Source: Ginglymostoma cirratum
Taxonomy: Eukaryota
DNA length: 64,000 nt
Direction of reading: 5' to 3'
Assembly: GCA_024137785.1 (NCBI GenBank)
Contig: JAHRHZ010000063.1
Location: 53,896,514-53,960,513, forward strand
Positions 39,551 through 49,680 of the stretch are shown here, piece after piece (position 1 is the first letter of the stretch; each line of letters opens with the position of its first letter). Below the pieces are notes generated by a model. It did not search any database, was not told where the DNA came from, and was given only the letters and a program-made list of their open reading frames with translations. A program made the position numbers and the translations under genes.

Positions 39551-39830
39551 AGCAGTAATCCCAGTGCTAGATCCCCACTTAGAGGTCAACAGTATTCCAA
39601 TTCAGAATCTCTATTGATTACAGTTGGCAGTAATCTCAGTGCTGGTTCTCCATTGGCAAAATCTAACGGTAGTACCAGTGCTGGACTGTCATTCAGAGGC
39701 CAATAATATTCTGAGTGCTCGATTCTAACTACTTGCACCCAGCTCTAATCATTGTGCTGGATCTCCATTGACAGAATCTACCAGCAATCCCAGAGTGCTG
39801 GATCATCAATCAGAGCCCAACAATAATCAA
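39551..39830. repeat. Degenerate minisatellite, about 38-bp unit, about 7 copies, with about 115-bp higher-order period
   Basis: gtgct anchors at 39564, 39639, 39678, 39715, 39754 and 39795. Confidence 0.7.
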
Positions 39831-39958
39831 GTATTAATTCCTTGGCTTCAGAAAACTCGGTACTTACAGACTTTAAAACAAAAATCCTCTGATGAAAATG
39901 CAAGTCCAGTGTTCCAAAAGCTCTAGGACTCTTCAGATGGTACTAGGCGTCACATTGT

Positions 39959-40139
39959 AAATAAAAACTGGAAAGAACTGCAGATGCTGTAAATCCGAAA
40001 CAAAACCGGAAATTGCTGAAAAAGCTCAGGAGGTCTGGCAGCATCTGTGGAGAAGAATCAGAGTTAACGTTTCGGGTCGAGTGACCCTTCCTCGGAACTC
40101 AGAACCTGCTGAGCTTTTCCAGCAATTTCTGTTTTTGTT
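39959..40139 (-). mobile_element. Penelope-like pLTR (family B) with short inverted segment
   Basis: Homologous to 31440-31543. The segment 40103-40139 is inverted relative to about 39999-40035. Confidence 0.82.
40061..40100 (-). ncRNA. Minimal type I hammerhead ribozyme fold (U4C core variant)
   Basis: Minus strand GAGTT CCGAGGA A GGGTC actc GACCC GAAA CG TT AACTC. Perfect 5-bp stem I, perfect 5-bp stem II and palindromic ACGT in place of stem III. Confidence 0.75.
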
Positions 40140-41669
40140 AGGCTGGATTGTCCGCATTGGATCCTCATACTATTCTGGAAGGATGTTTGCTTTACTTCTG
40201 GACAACTTAAAAAGTGGTGGGACTCAGTAAATGGAAATGCTAATCCTCTCTGCTACTAGAGTCACTGGACTCCTGATGACATTTATTTTCTTGCGTTCAC
40301 AGTACATTTAATAATTGTTTTAAATCTAATTGTTCTTGCTGAACCTTTCCACTGTTCGGGTTGAAATGTCGGAGATATTGGATTTGTGTTGGTTTCGGCT
40401 AAGTTTTAAAACATTCAAAGGTTAACATAACCAATTCACAGCAGAGCACAGCATTCAGTCGCTATTGTTGTGAATTACGACGTTTGTGTCATGTCGAATG
40501 AGTTACTAAGATAAATAGGCACGGGTGGAGTAGTGCATTTTTGGAATCTGTTTTCAGATTTAATTTACACTGGATTGAGATGGTTTTGACTGTCTCACTC
40601 AGCTCTTACTAGACTCAAAGCACGCTTCTGAAAACGGAATCGAGTTGTCAATCAGATTATCATAACAGCTGGCAAACAAAATAGAATTGTCATTTTGATG
40701 AAGTAGAACATGTTACAGTGAACTGAGCTTTGGAGGCAAAGAGGTTTCACTTGACCGTATCTTTGACTTGAGTGAGCTGGGATTTTCTGACTTTGGAAAT
40801 CTTGGGACGATCTGTATTGAAGTTAAAGTTGACTCTAATGTAAGATAATTTCATTTGACAAAGTACTGGAAATTTGGAGTTCCAATACAAAAGCAAAATA
40901 CTGTATATGCTGGAAATCTGCAATCCCTGATCCAAACAGAAATTCCTGAAATTCTGGTTGGGCCGTATCTATGGAGAAATGCCCCTTTACCGGAACTGAC
41001 ATTGTATGGCTTATCATGCCTTACAATTTTGATTTTTTTTTTGGAAGAAGTTGCCAGAAGGGTGGATGAAGAGAAATTGATCCTGAAATTTCTTTCTCAA
41101 AGGTAGTGAATGTAGGAAGTCAGGGAGGTCATGCTGATTTGTCCTACCCTTCTGGCGCTCAAAATGGCAGTGACCATGGGTATGACAATTTTGCCTGTTC
41201 ACCTACAACTTTAACAAGTTTTATGTTGACAATCAGGGGCAAAAGCCAACAAAAAGGGGCTAAAATAGTGAAATACAAACAGTAGAGATGAAAATATCAG
41301 CATTAGTATCACTTCTTCAGGATTCTCATTTTGCTGTCATGATTGAAAAAGGGTCATAATTAAAAGTCTAGGACCCTGCTCCACCCGCAGCTCCCCTTCT
41401 GCCCTCCCCCCTACTCTCCCAGCTCCTCTTATAATCCCTCTCTCTTAGCTCCACTTCCACGCCTCCTTTTCCATTCCCTTCCCAGGTTTTCTTCTCCTCA
41501 CTAATGTGGCTTTCGCCTCCATCTAGATGTTCTACCAAACGTGGCAATGCTTATGGTTTCTGTTGTTTGATAGCCCCTACAAGGATCATTAACCTGCCTG
41601 TGGAGCTCATTGAATATGAGTTCCCTTGGTTATAAACAATGGCCTGCCGTACTGAAACTCATCACCTGA

Positions 41670-41751
41670 GTCCTCATGGCTGAGCAGTCTAAAGCACTAG
41701 GTAAAGGCTCCTGTCTCTTCAGAGATATGGTTTCAAGTCCCACTGCTGCCA
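41670..41751 (+). pseudogene. tRNA-Leu(AAG) pseudogene
   Basis: 82 nt colinear with vertebrate tRNA-Leu-AAG (tggctgagcagtctaaagcactaggtaaaggctcctgtctcttc...ttcaagtcccactgctgcca). CpG-type decay and a broken acceptor stem. Confidence 0.8.
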
Positions 41752-41764
41752 AGTTACTTGGATG

Positions 41765-41865
41765 AGGGCTCTTGTGGTGCAGTGGTAATGTCCTTGCCTT
41801 GGAGCCAGGAGACCCCAGTTCAGGTGTGTAATAACATCTCCGAATGGGTTGATTAGAAAATATAA
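41765..41865 (+). mobile_element. Short tRNA-headed SINE
   Basis: gggctcttgtggtgcagtggtaatgtccttgcc...gttca...taacatctccgaatgggttgattagaaaatat. Confidence 0.6.
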
Positions 41866-42211
41866 TTAAAAGAATCACAGGCCCTTAACAGTTTTGCCTG
41901 TAAGTTATTAAATTTGAAACACGGTTGATTTACTAGTGGTTAGTAGGAAAAGGAATACCACAGTGATTTGGCGGAGGTGGGGAAGAAATGTTCAGTTTAA
42001 TATGACAATTCTTCGGGATATGAAAATAAATCAAAAGAACAAAACGACCTACAGTTGGGTCCGCAGAACTGTCTGTCCCAGGCTGCAATTAGCCTGAGTA
42101 GCCACAAGTAGGTGGCTGTATTTGGTGATCAGCAATAAATGATGTTCCTTTCCACTCAAGCTTCCTGAGTTAGTTCACATTGTCGTGAAGGAGACCAGGA
42201 CTTGGCTAACA

Positions 42212-42338
42212 GAGATAAAAGGTACTGCAGATGCTGGAGAATCCAAGATAACGAGGTGTGGGGCTGGATGAACACAGCAGGCCAAGCAGCATCATAGGAG
42301 CAGGAAAGCTTGACGTTTCGGGCCTAGACCCTTCATCA
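42212..42338 (-). mobile_element. 127-bp Penelope pLTR unit (family A) beginning at the hammerhead core
   Basis: Same length and ends as 13217-13343. Perfect 9-bp TSD tggctaaca (42203-42211, 42339-42347). Confidence 0.9.
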
Positions 42339-43051
42339 TGGCTAACATGCTATTTAAGAATCCAACAGACATTTATTACAGCTCATTAATATGCACAAAT
42401 ACAAGTAGACAAATAATATACTGGTAATAGTCCCTGGTGTATCAGGTCTTGTTATCTGAGTATAATATTTGATATTGGGACTTGTTTGTCTTTGAAAAAG
42501 TCTAGTCATAGTGTAGCAAGCTTATTTCTGCATGGCAAAAATGAACAAACCTTCTCTGCTTCTTTAATACTGTTAAACCATTCTCAAGAATTGTCTCTTG
42601 CAACTCTCGTAGTTTCTTGTCTTTAGCAGATGCTGATTGCAACAGTTCACACTAGCTCTGGCCATAATGTAACCTGGAAGACTACTACAACTTCATAATT
42701 TAGAGCATCGCCATATAAATCAAGAGAAATGTCTCGGTCTTTGTGCGAGTTGAGTATACATTCCCCGACACAGCCTTACCGTCGCACCTTGAAATGAAGT
42801 ATAACTACCAAAGAAGGATACCTGCATCCAAGACACCTCAACCTTTAAAATTATCCAAACAAATTGTCACTGCCAGAAGAGTTAAATCCTAAATTTTCTG
42901 GACCAAGTTTCCTTTCCGAATTCACTTTGAAGCGCGGGTCAGTCTATTTTGTAGAAGAACTCCATAATATTTATGATGCCATTAGATGGGATTGTTTCCA
43001 ATGGTCATCAATTAGGCCCTCAGTTCACAATGACATATTTCAGCAGGATTT

Positions 43052-43399
43052 TTTCTTTATTCATTCACAGGATGAGGGCATTGCTGGCTCGGCCAGCATT
43101 TGCTGCCTATCCTTAATTGCCCAGAGGGTAGTTATGAGGCAGCCACATTGCTGTGGGTCTGGAATCACATGTAGGCCCAATCAGGTAAGGATGGCAGTTT
43201 CCTTCCCAAAAGGACATTAGTGAACTAGATGGGCTTTTCTGACCATCGGCAATGGATTCATTACACTCTTAATGCCAGGGATTTATTGCATTCAAATTCC
43301 ACCATCTGCGTGGCGGGATTTGAACCCAGGTCCCCAGGACGTGACCTGGGTGTCTGGCTTAACAGTCCAGCAATGATACCATGAGGCCATTGCCTCCCC
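43052..43399 (-). mobile_element. tRNA-headed SINE with LINE family B 3' tail
   Basis: Minus strand head ggggaggcaatggcctcatggta...gggttcaaatccc (B box). Tail aaatgctggccgagccagcaatgccctcatcctgtgaatgaataaag is shared with family B LINE ends. Confidence 0.8.
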
Positions 43400-43979
43400 A
43401 TTATTGATGGTGTACCTGGATATATTTGCACAGTTGACAATATTGCAGTCGTGGACTTTGAGGAGCACATTTAGGGCAATTGTTAGTGACATCATCCTCA
43501 CCAGGATGACAGTCAATGCAATTTGCAATAAAAATTACTCCCATGCCATCCAAAGTACTGAGCCTATTTTCACATGCCATGTGCCTGTTTGTGAGGACAC
43601 TTCCATGTGACTGTTAGAAGAGATACATAGCTGCTTACTCAAAATACATGCACACCGCAGATCCCCAGCATGTGTGGTAATCATGACCTGCATGCTCAAC
43701 AATCGATTAAGAAGTCCAGGAAGCTGTAAGGGTAATAAACAGTCAGCATCATTCCTTCACCACCAAAGGCAATGTCCATGTCAATATGATGGGCGCACAC
43801 GCACTCAAAGATAGTTGTGTAATAGCTATTTCCTGATTTCCACATGCAAATGTAATGAAAGAAATAGTGGGATAGTCCCACTGACCTATCAAGGCTGCTC
43901 CACCATTCAGCACAATCATTGACTGACTTCCTTGCCTGCCCCTTTCCATAATGTTTGATTCCCTTGTCATACAGTTTTC

Positions 43980-44725
43980 AAAAAGACCTGCATTTATATT
44001 CTACAGCCTTTCATTTCAAACAGAATATCTAAAAGCACTTTTTATGGACAATTAGAAATGGCCATTTCTGAAGAAGGGTCTAGGCCCGAAACGTTCAGCC
44101 TTTCTGCTCTTCTGATGCTGCTTGGCCTGTCGTGTTCATCCAGCTCTACACCTTGTTATCTCAGATCCTCCGGCATCTGCATTTCCTACTACCTTTGAAA
44201 CAATTTTAACCCCACTGCGAAGCCTCTTCTAAGGATGCCTACCCTGAAGAAGTTACCCTCCTCCCTCCGGAACAACCTCAGTGGATCTCCCTGCCACTGC
44301 AACTCTCTCATAATCTCTTCGGCCTTGAAACTGCTCGACCACGTCCTGAAGCAAACCAGTTACTACAGCCACATCGCCTTTCTTAGTACATGCCTACGGA
44401 CCATTTCTGAAGAAGGGCCTAGGCCCGAAACGTCTGCCTTCCTGCTCTTCTGATGCTGTTTGGCCTGCTGTGTTCATCCAGCTCTACACCTTGTTATCCC
44501 TCTTCATGGACAATTTTGTGTTTACACTCTGTCGCTGCCGTAAAGTAAAAAAATGTGGCAGCCATTTTTGCACACAAAAAGGTTCCACAAACAGTGATTC
44601 AATGATCCACCAAATAATCTGTTTTGGTGAACCTTAATTGAGGGATAAATATTGGTTAAGACCAATTGTCTAGGAGCCTCCTTATTCTTTTTCTGCATTT
44701 GAGAGGGCCTCAGTTTAGCATTCTA
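43980..44725 (-). mobile_element. Old Deu-domain-type SINE remnant interrupted by the tandem-hammerhead insertion
   Basis: L2-like tail (acctgcatttata...aaagcactt) left of the insertion. Body continues right of it (gcagccatttttgcacac...gagggataaatattgg...gggcctcagtttagc). Confidence 0.5.
44054..44505 (+). mobile_element. Non-autonomous Penelope derivative with two tandem hammerhead-containing pLTRs (retrozyme-like)
   Basis: Direct repeats 44062-44160 and 44401-44498 (period 339), each starting ccattt CTGAAGA A GGGY ctag GCCC GAAA CG TY. The spacer encodes a PLE-like ORF N-terminus (MPTLKK...SHIAFLSTCLR). 10-bp TSD atggacaatt (44044-44053, 44506-44515). Confidence 0.88.
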
Positions 44726-45119
44726 AAAGTTTAGTTTCCTTTCCACTCTTTAATTAGCAATATGTTCAAACGACAACAATGGAACATTTCTGCCTTCACA
44801 GAAAATCAGGACCAGTGTGTAGAGTAAGGCTAATGCAATAGTTCGTTTTGCACCTCAGATTTACCATGGATCTTGTGCATGATGCTTTAAAATAACTGTT
44901 CAGAAGCAGACATTTTAACTCGCCCATTTACTTAGAGTTAAAATTGGGTCATTGCGTTGCTACTGACTCTTGGTGATATTGTTAGATCGTGCTACTTTTA
45001 ACGCACCTCAGGATTATTGTGTAATAACCCAGATGAGTATGTGCTGCCTTTAATAAGTTTGGCAAAAGATGCGATTCCAAAATACTGCAGTAGATGGTTC
45101 ATTGCCACTCAGCATTGAA

Positions 45120-45400
45120 GGGCACCATGGTGGCTCACAGCCCCAGGTTCAATTCACCCTCAGGCAACTGTCTGTGTGGTGTTTGAAAATTCCCTGTGTC
45201 TGTGTGGGTTTCCTCTGCGTGCTCTGGTTTCCTTCCACAGTCCAAAGATGTGCAGGTTAGGTGGGTTGGGCTATGGGATATGCAGATTTACCCGGAAGGC
45301 GGTGGGTCTGGGTGGCATGCTGTTCAGAGGGTCGATGTGAACTCAATACAATTTTAACCTCAATGGGCCTAGTGGCCTGCTTCCACACTGTAAGGATTCT
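45120..45400 (+). mobile_element. HE1-type V-SINE, diverged
   Basis: gggcaccatggtggc...ggttcaatt...tgtctgtgtgg...gtccaaagatgtgcaggttagg...ggcctgcttccacactgtaaggattct. Confidence 0.8.
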
Positions 45401-46660
45401 AAGTATTCACTCATTTCTGTAATGTGTGTGCTTACATCTCACTGTATTTTGATCTCAAATGGTCCAAACCAAATTATTTAAAGCGCAGGCTTTGAATAAA
45501 ATTGCTGAAAATGTTCTGAAATAAATTTGTGGAAAAACAGCATGTAGACAGCTCTTCATTCTCTCCAGACTGAAGACCTTTCAACTGAAGCTATCATTTT
45601 CCCATTGGGGCATTCAGCTGTGCTCCTGTCCTGAAAATATTGTTTCTTTCCTAAATGGTCAAAGCAAATTCCAATACATCTTTTAGGTATACCTGTCAGA
45701 AATCAACTGCACGTTTCAAAAGCTGTTCGTTTGGCAATGATACAGAGTGTTTGCTGTTGATTTGTAGCAAATGCCACTGGAGACTCACTTAGCAATCAGC
45801 TCCAGATAGTCTGTCATACACTAGTAACGTTGTCACATTTAAACCGTACAGAAGGAAGAATGCAAGGACTTGAAATCAAATGAAGTCTGGCGCTGTTTTG
45901 TTTACAAAACTGCTTTCCCTTCACAAAGACGGCCTTTGTAAAGTCCGCTACTTTTTAACTGCTGGTAGGAATGTATGAATAGGCTTTCAAAGGGAGACTT
46001 CATTGAAATTGCTGTTAGATGAATGGCGCAATATTTGTTGTTGCTGTTGGACTGGGCTCCTGTTTCTCTTTGAATGTGCTTATAGCTATAAAGAGTATGT
46101 TCTGAAGGCTGATTGCAAACCAGCATATACAATACTCCAAGGAAGTTGACACCTTTCAGCAAACATTGATAGTGCCCCATCACTGTGGGTAAGCTGAGCA
46201 GGCTGTTTCCTCTCGAGGGTAAACACTGGGCATGAGGGCAACTGGGCTTGTTAGCAGACTAACGCCACTTACAGTCCTGTGCTGAAGGCAAATTGGTGAA
46301 TATGAATGAATGGAGAATTTCCAGTTATTAAATGCCACACAAGACCACAGAACATTCCTCAGAGACTCACAACTGACTGAATTCTTTGGACACGACGGTG
46401 TATAGAAACTGAACCAGCAGTGCTGGTTAAAGGATACGTTTTAACATTACTTCTCTTTATAAATAAATGTAAACAGCTTCATGACAATGCATTGGATTTT
46501 ATCGTCCTATGGGACCTGTTTGGGAGGTTGTAGAAATTGCAACATGCCACAGATGCCATTCCTGCTGTTCCTGCCTTGTCTGGCACAGTTTATCCACTAG
46601 TGGTAGCCATGATCAAATGGTGTGGAGCAGACTCGATGAACCGAATAGCCTAAATCTATA

Positions 46661-47000
46661 TCATAGAATCATAAAATCATAGAATCCCTACAGTGTGGAA
46701 GCAGACCATTCAGCCCACTGAAGAGCATCCCACTCAGACCCCCCCCCTACCATATCCCCTATAATACTGCATTTCCCATGGTTAATCCACCTAACCAACA
46801 TATACTTAGACACTATGGGCAATTTAGCACGGCCAATCCACCTAACCTGCACATCTTCGGACAAGTGGGTGGAAACCGGAGCACAGACATAGGGAGAATG
46901 TGCACATTCCACACAGACAGTCGGCCAGGGCTGGAATCGAACCTGGATCCCCTGATGCTGTGAGGAAACAGTGAAAGCCACTGAGCCACCGTTCTGCCCC
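46661..47000 (-). mobile_element. HE1-type V-SINE
   Basis: Reverse-complement copy of 705-1016 with tail repeats (catagaat)n. Confidence 0.85.
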
Positions 47001-48013
47001 ATATTTTATTCCTTTACAGCATTGGTTGGCCTGTCCACCCTTGAGCCAATTGGTGACTGCTTAAAGGCCTCCTGACACCTTGTTGGGGATCTTCTCTCTG
47101 GTCCCATAACCAGTTTTGCGAATGGAATACTAATGTGAAAGATTACTACATTTGTCTACATAGCACTAATTATTACACTTTAAAAGTACTTCATTACATT
47201 TGAAGCATCTTGGGATCTTTACTGTGTTGAAATGCTGTATAATTATTATTTATTCTATTTTGTAGTAAGTTTAGCTTTTGCAAAATAATCCCTCCAAATT
47301 GCAATGATTGCTGATTTTCTCGAGTTAGAAAATGGGTAGAGCCAATTTCGTTACTTTGTCAGTATGATGTGAGATATACGGAAGTCAGGTTTTTAACTCT
47401 GCTAATATTGCTCATCTGAGTTGTGGGTGAGTGTTAGTAATTAGATCAGATTTATGGGGTAATGTGTTGAGGTTTTGTTTAGCCATTTAAAAAAATATGG
47501 GCAGGGCTGTTCATCACTACCAGATCTAATTGGTCCCCATGCCCTAAGCCAGGGATTCCACTCCTGATAGTTATCTTCTGAACCTGTATTAGAAAGTACA
47601 TGGTGTTAAATATTGAATAAAAACAGGGTTGAAGCAACCTGGGTCCTCCACGAGTTAATAACGCTACCAGGCTAGCTGGTTTGGATCATAGACGAAACAT
47701 GACTGCTTAGATGAGATAGCAGAGAGGGCTTCTGAAATTAATCTAACCCCAGGATGAGTCTGGGTGAAAGGGACAAAGGGGCTTTATTATGCTTTTTAAA
47801 AAGTAGGTCAATTATACTGAAGAATACAAATAAAAGAACAATTAAAGCTTTTACTTCTAAAATAAGCGTTTTGAGTTCTTCTGTGGAAAGAATTAATTTG
47901 CAAGTCCTCCATGTCAAAAATTCTGTAACCGACTGGAATCCCATTTCGTGATTGACACATTGCAAAGATCTTTTAGCAATGACCTGCTCACTGTTTATAT
48001 GTCTTTGTTCTAG

Positions 48014-48080
48014 TGGCGGCCATTTCTCCCTGGAGTGAAGTTTGAGATTATCAGTTCACCGCACATCTCGCTGTACACAG
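48014..48080 (+). CDS. B4GALNT4: Next internal coding exon of B4GALNT4
   Basis: Acceptor gtctttgttctag, branch-like ctgctcac about 25 nt upstream, donor cag|gttagt. 67 bp = WRPFLPGVKFEIISSPHISLYT + g, continuing in phase 0 from exon 9499-9577. Matches recalled human [23 protein letters not shown]. Confidence 0.92.
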
Positions 48081-48427
48081 GTTAGTCATTTGCAATTCAC
48101 TTTCATTTACATGAAATTCTTGATGCATGGATTCTAGGTGGATTTTGGTGATCACCAGTGTTGCCATTGAGTAACCATGGCTCCACCCAAAAGTTCCCAG
48201 ATATTTACTGGAACGCAACTGCTGTATTTTCCTTCCTGTTATGTAGCCAACTGCAATGGATGAAAGGTAACTACGCAAATGCTGTAAATTTCACATAAAA
48301 TGCTGGCAATGCACAACTGGCTCAGAAAGAAAAATAATTGTTTCTGCGGTGCATATCCAAATCGTCTCAGAATGCTAATCGTTTTTAGCAATTATTGGTT
48401 GGAATATAACAGGTGTGAAATCTGTCT

Positions 48428-48560
48428 TCTGAGGAAGAGACATGCTAGACTCAATGTTAACTCAGCTTCTCCCTCCACAGATGCTATCAGACCTGCTGAG
48501 TTTCTCCATCATTCTCTGTGTTTCTTTCAGATGTCCAGCATCTGCAATATTTTGCTTTTA
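48428..48560 (+). mobile_element. Old Penelope pLTR (family B-like) with decayed hammerhead
   Basis: ctgaggaagag...actcaatgttaactc...ccacagatgctatcagacctgctgag...ccagcatctgca. Confidence 0.65.
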
Positions 48561-48674
48561 TGTGATTGCCAGGCTTGGAGGAAGACCTGGCCATTGCTTG
48601 TGAAACATGGAAACCTTACTAAAATGAAGGCTTTCAATCTCTGTAAAATAGTTTTCTAAACCAACCAACCCCTG

Positions 48675-48800
48675 GGAGTGTGGAGCTGGAGGAGCACAGC
48701 AGGTCAGTCAGCATCCGAGGAGAAGGAAAGCCCTGATGAAGGATCCTGACCCGAAATGATGACTTTTCTGCTCCTTGGATTCTGTCTGATCTGCTGTGCT
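48675..48800. mobile_element. Penelope family A foldback with hammerhead motif
   Basis: Inverted arms joined at CTGATGA A GGAT cctg ACCC GAAA (48733-48756). Confidence 0.7.
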
Positions 48801-48819
48801 ACAAATCAGTCAGGTTAAT

Positions 48820-49680
48820 TTTTTTTTATTCATTCATGAACGTTGACATCGCTGGCTGGCCAATATTTATTGCCCATTCCTAGTTGCCCTTAAGAAGGTG
48901 GTGGTGGTGAGCTGCCTTCTTGAACCACTGCAGTCCATGTACTGTAGGTTGACCCACAATGCCCTTGGGGATGGAATTCCAGGTGTTTAACCCAAAAACA
49001 GTGAAGGAACAGCGATAGAGTTCCAAGTCAGGATGGTGAGTGGCTTGGCGGGGAATTTGCAGGTGGTGTTGTTCCCATATATCTGCTGTCCTTGTCCTTC
49101 CAGATGGAAGTGGTCGTGAGTTTGGAAGGCGCTGTCTGAGGTTCTTTGGTAAATTTGTGCAGTGCGTCTTGTAGATAGTACACACACCTGCTATTCAGCA
49201 TCAGTGGTGGAGGGGGTGGATGATTGTAGATGTGTTGCCATAAGGCAGACTGCTTTGTCCTGGATGGTGTCAAACTTCTTGAATATTTTTGGAGCTGCAC
49301 TCATTCATTCCATCACACTCTGACTTACAAATGATCGGTGGGCTTTGGGGAGTCAGGAGGTGAGTTACTTGCCGCAGTATTCCTAACCTCTGACCTACTT
49401 TTGTAGCCACTATGTCATTTGGCGAGTTCAGTTGAGTTTTTGATCAATGGTAACCCCCAGAATGTTGTTCGTGGGAATTCAGCGATGTTAACACCATTGA
49501 ACATTTAGGGGGCAGAGGTTAGATTGTCTCTTATTGAGATGGTCATTGCCTGGCACAAATGTTATTTGCCAAATGTCGGCTCAAGCCTGGACATTGTCCA
49601 GATCTTGTTGCATTTGAACATAAATTGCTTCAGTGTCTGAGCAGGTGTGAATGGTGCTGAATGTTGTGCACTAATTGACG
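48820..49680 (-). mobile_element. CR1-group LINE family B 3' fragment
   Basis: Minus-strand peptide CTIYKTHCTNLPKNLRQRLPNSRPLPSGRTRTA and tail gggcaataaatattggccagccagcgatg...gaatgaataaaaaaaaa. Confidence 0.8.

Noticed and set aside
39551-39830. CRISPR array
   Set aside because: Eukaryotic context, degenerate contiguous units without spacers, and no cas genes.
44244-44260. Third CTGAAGAAG inside the tandem unit as a hammerhead core
   Set aside because: No stem II or GAAA follows, and it simply encodes LKK in the ORF.
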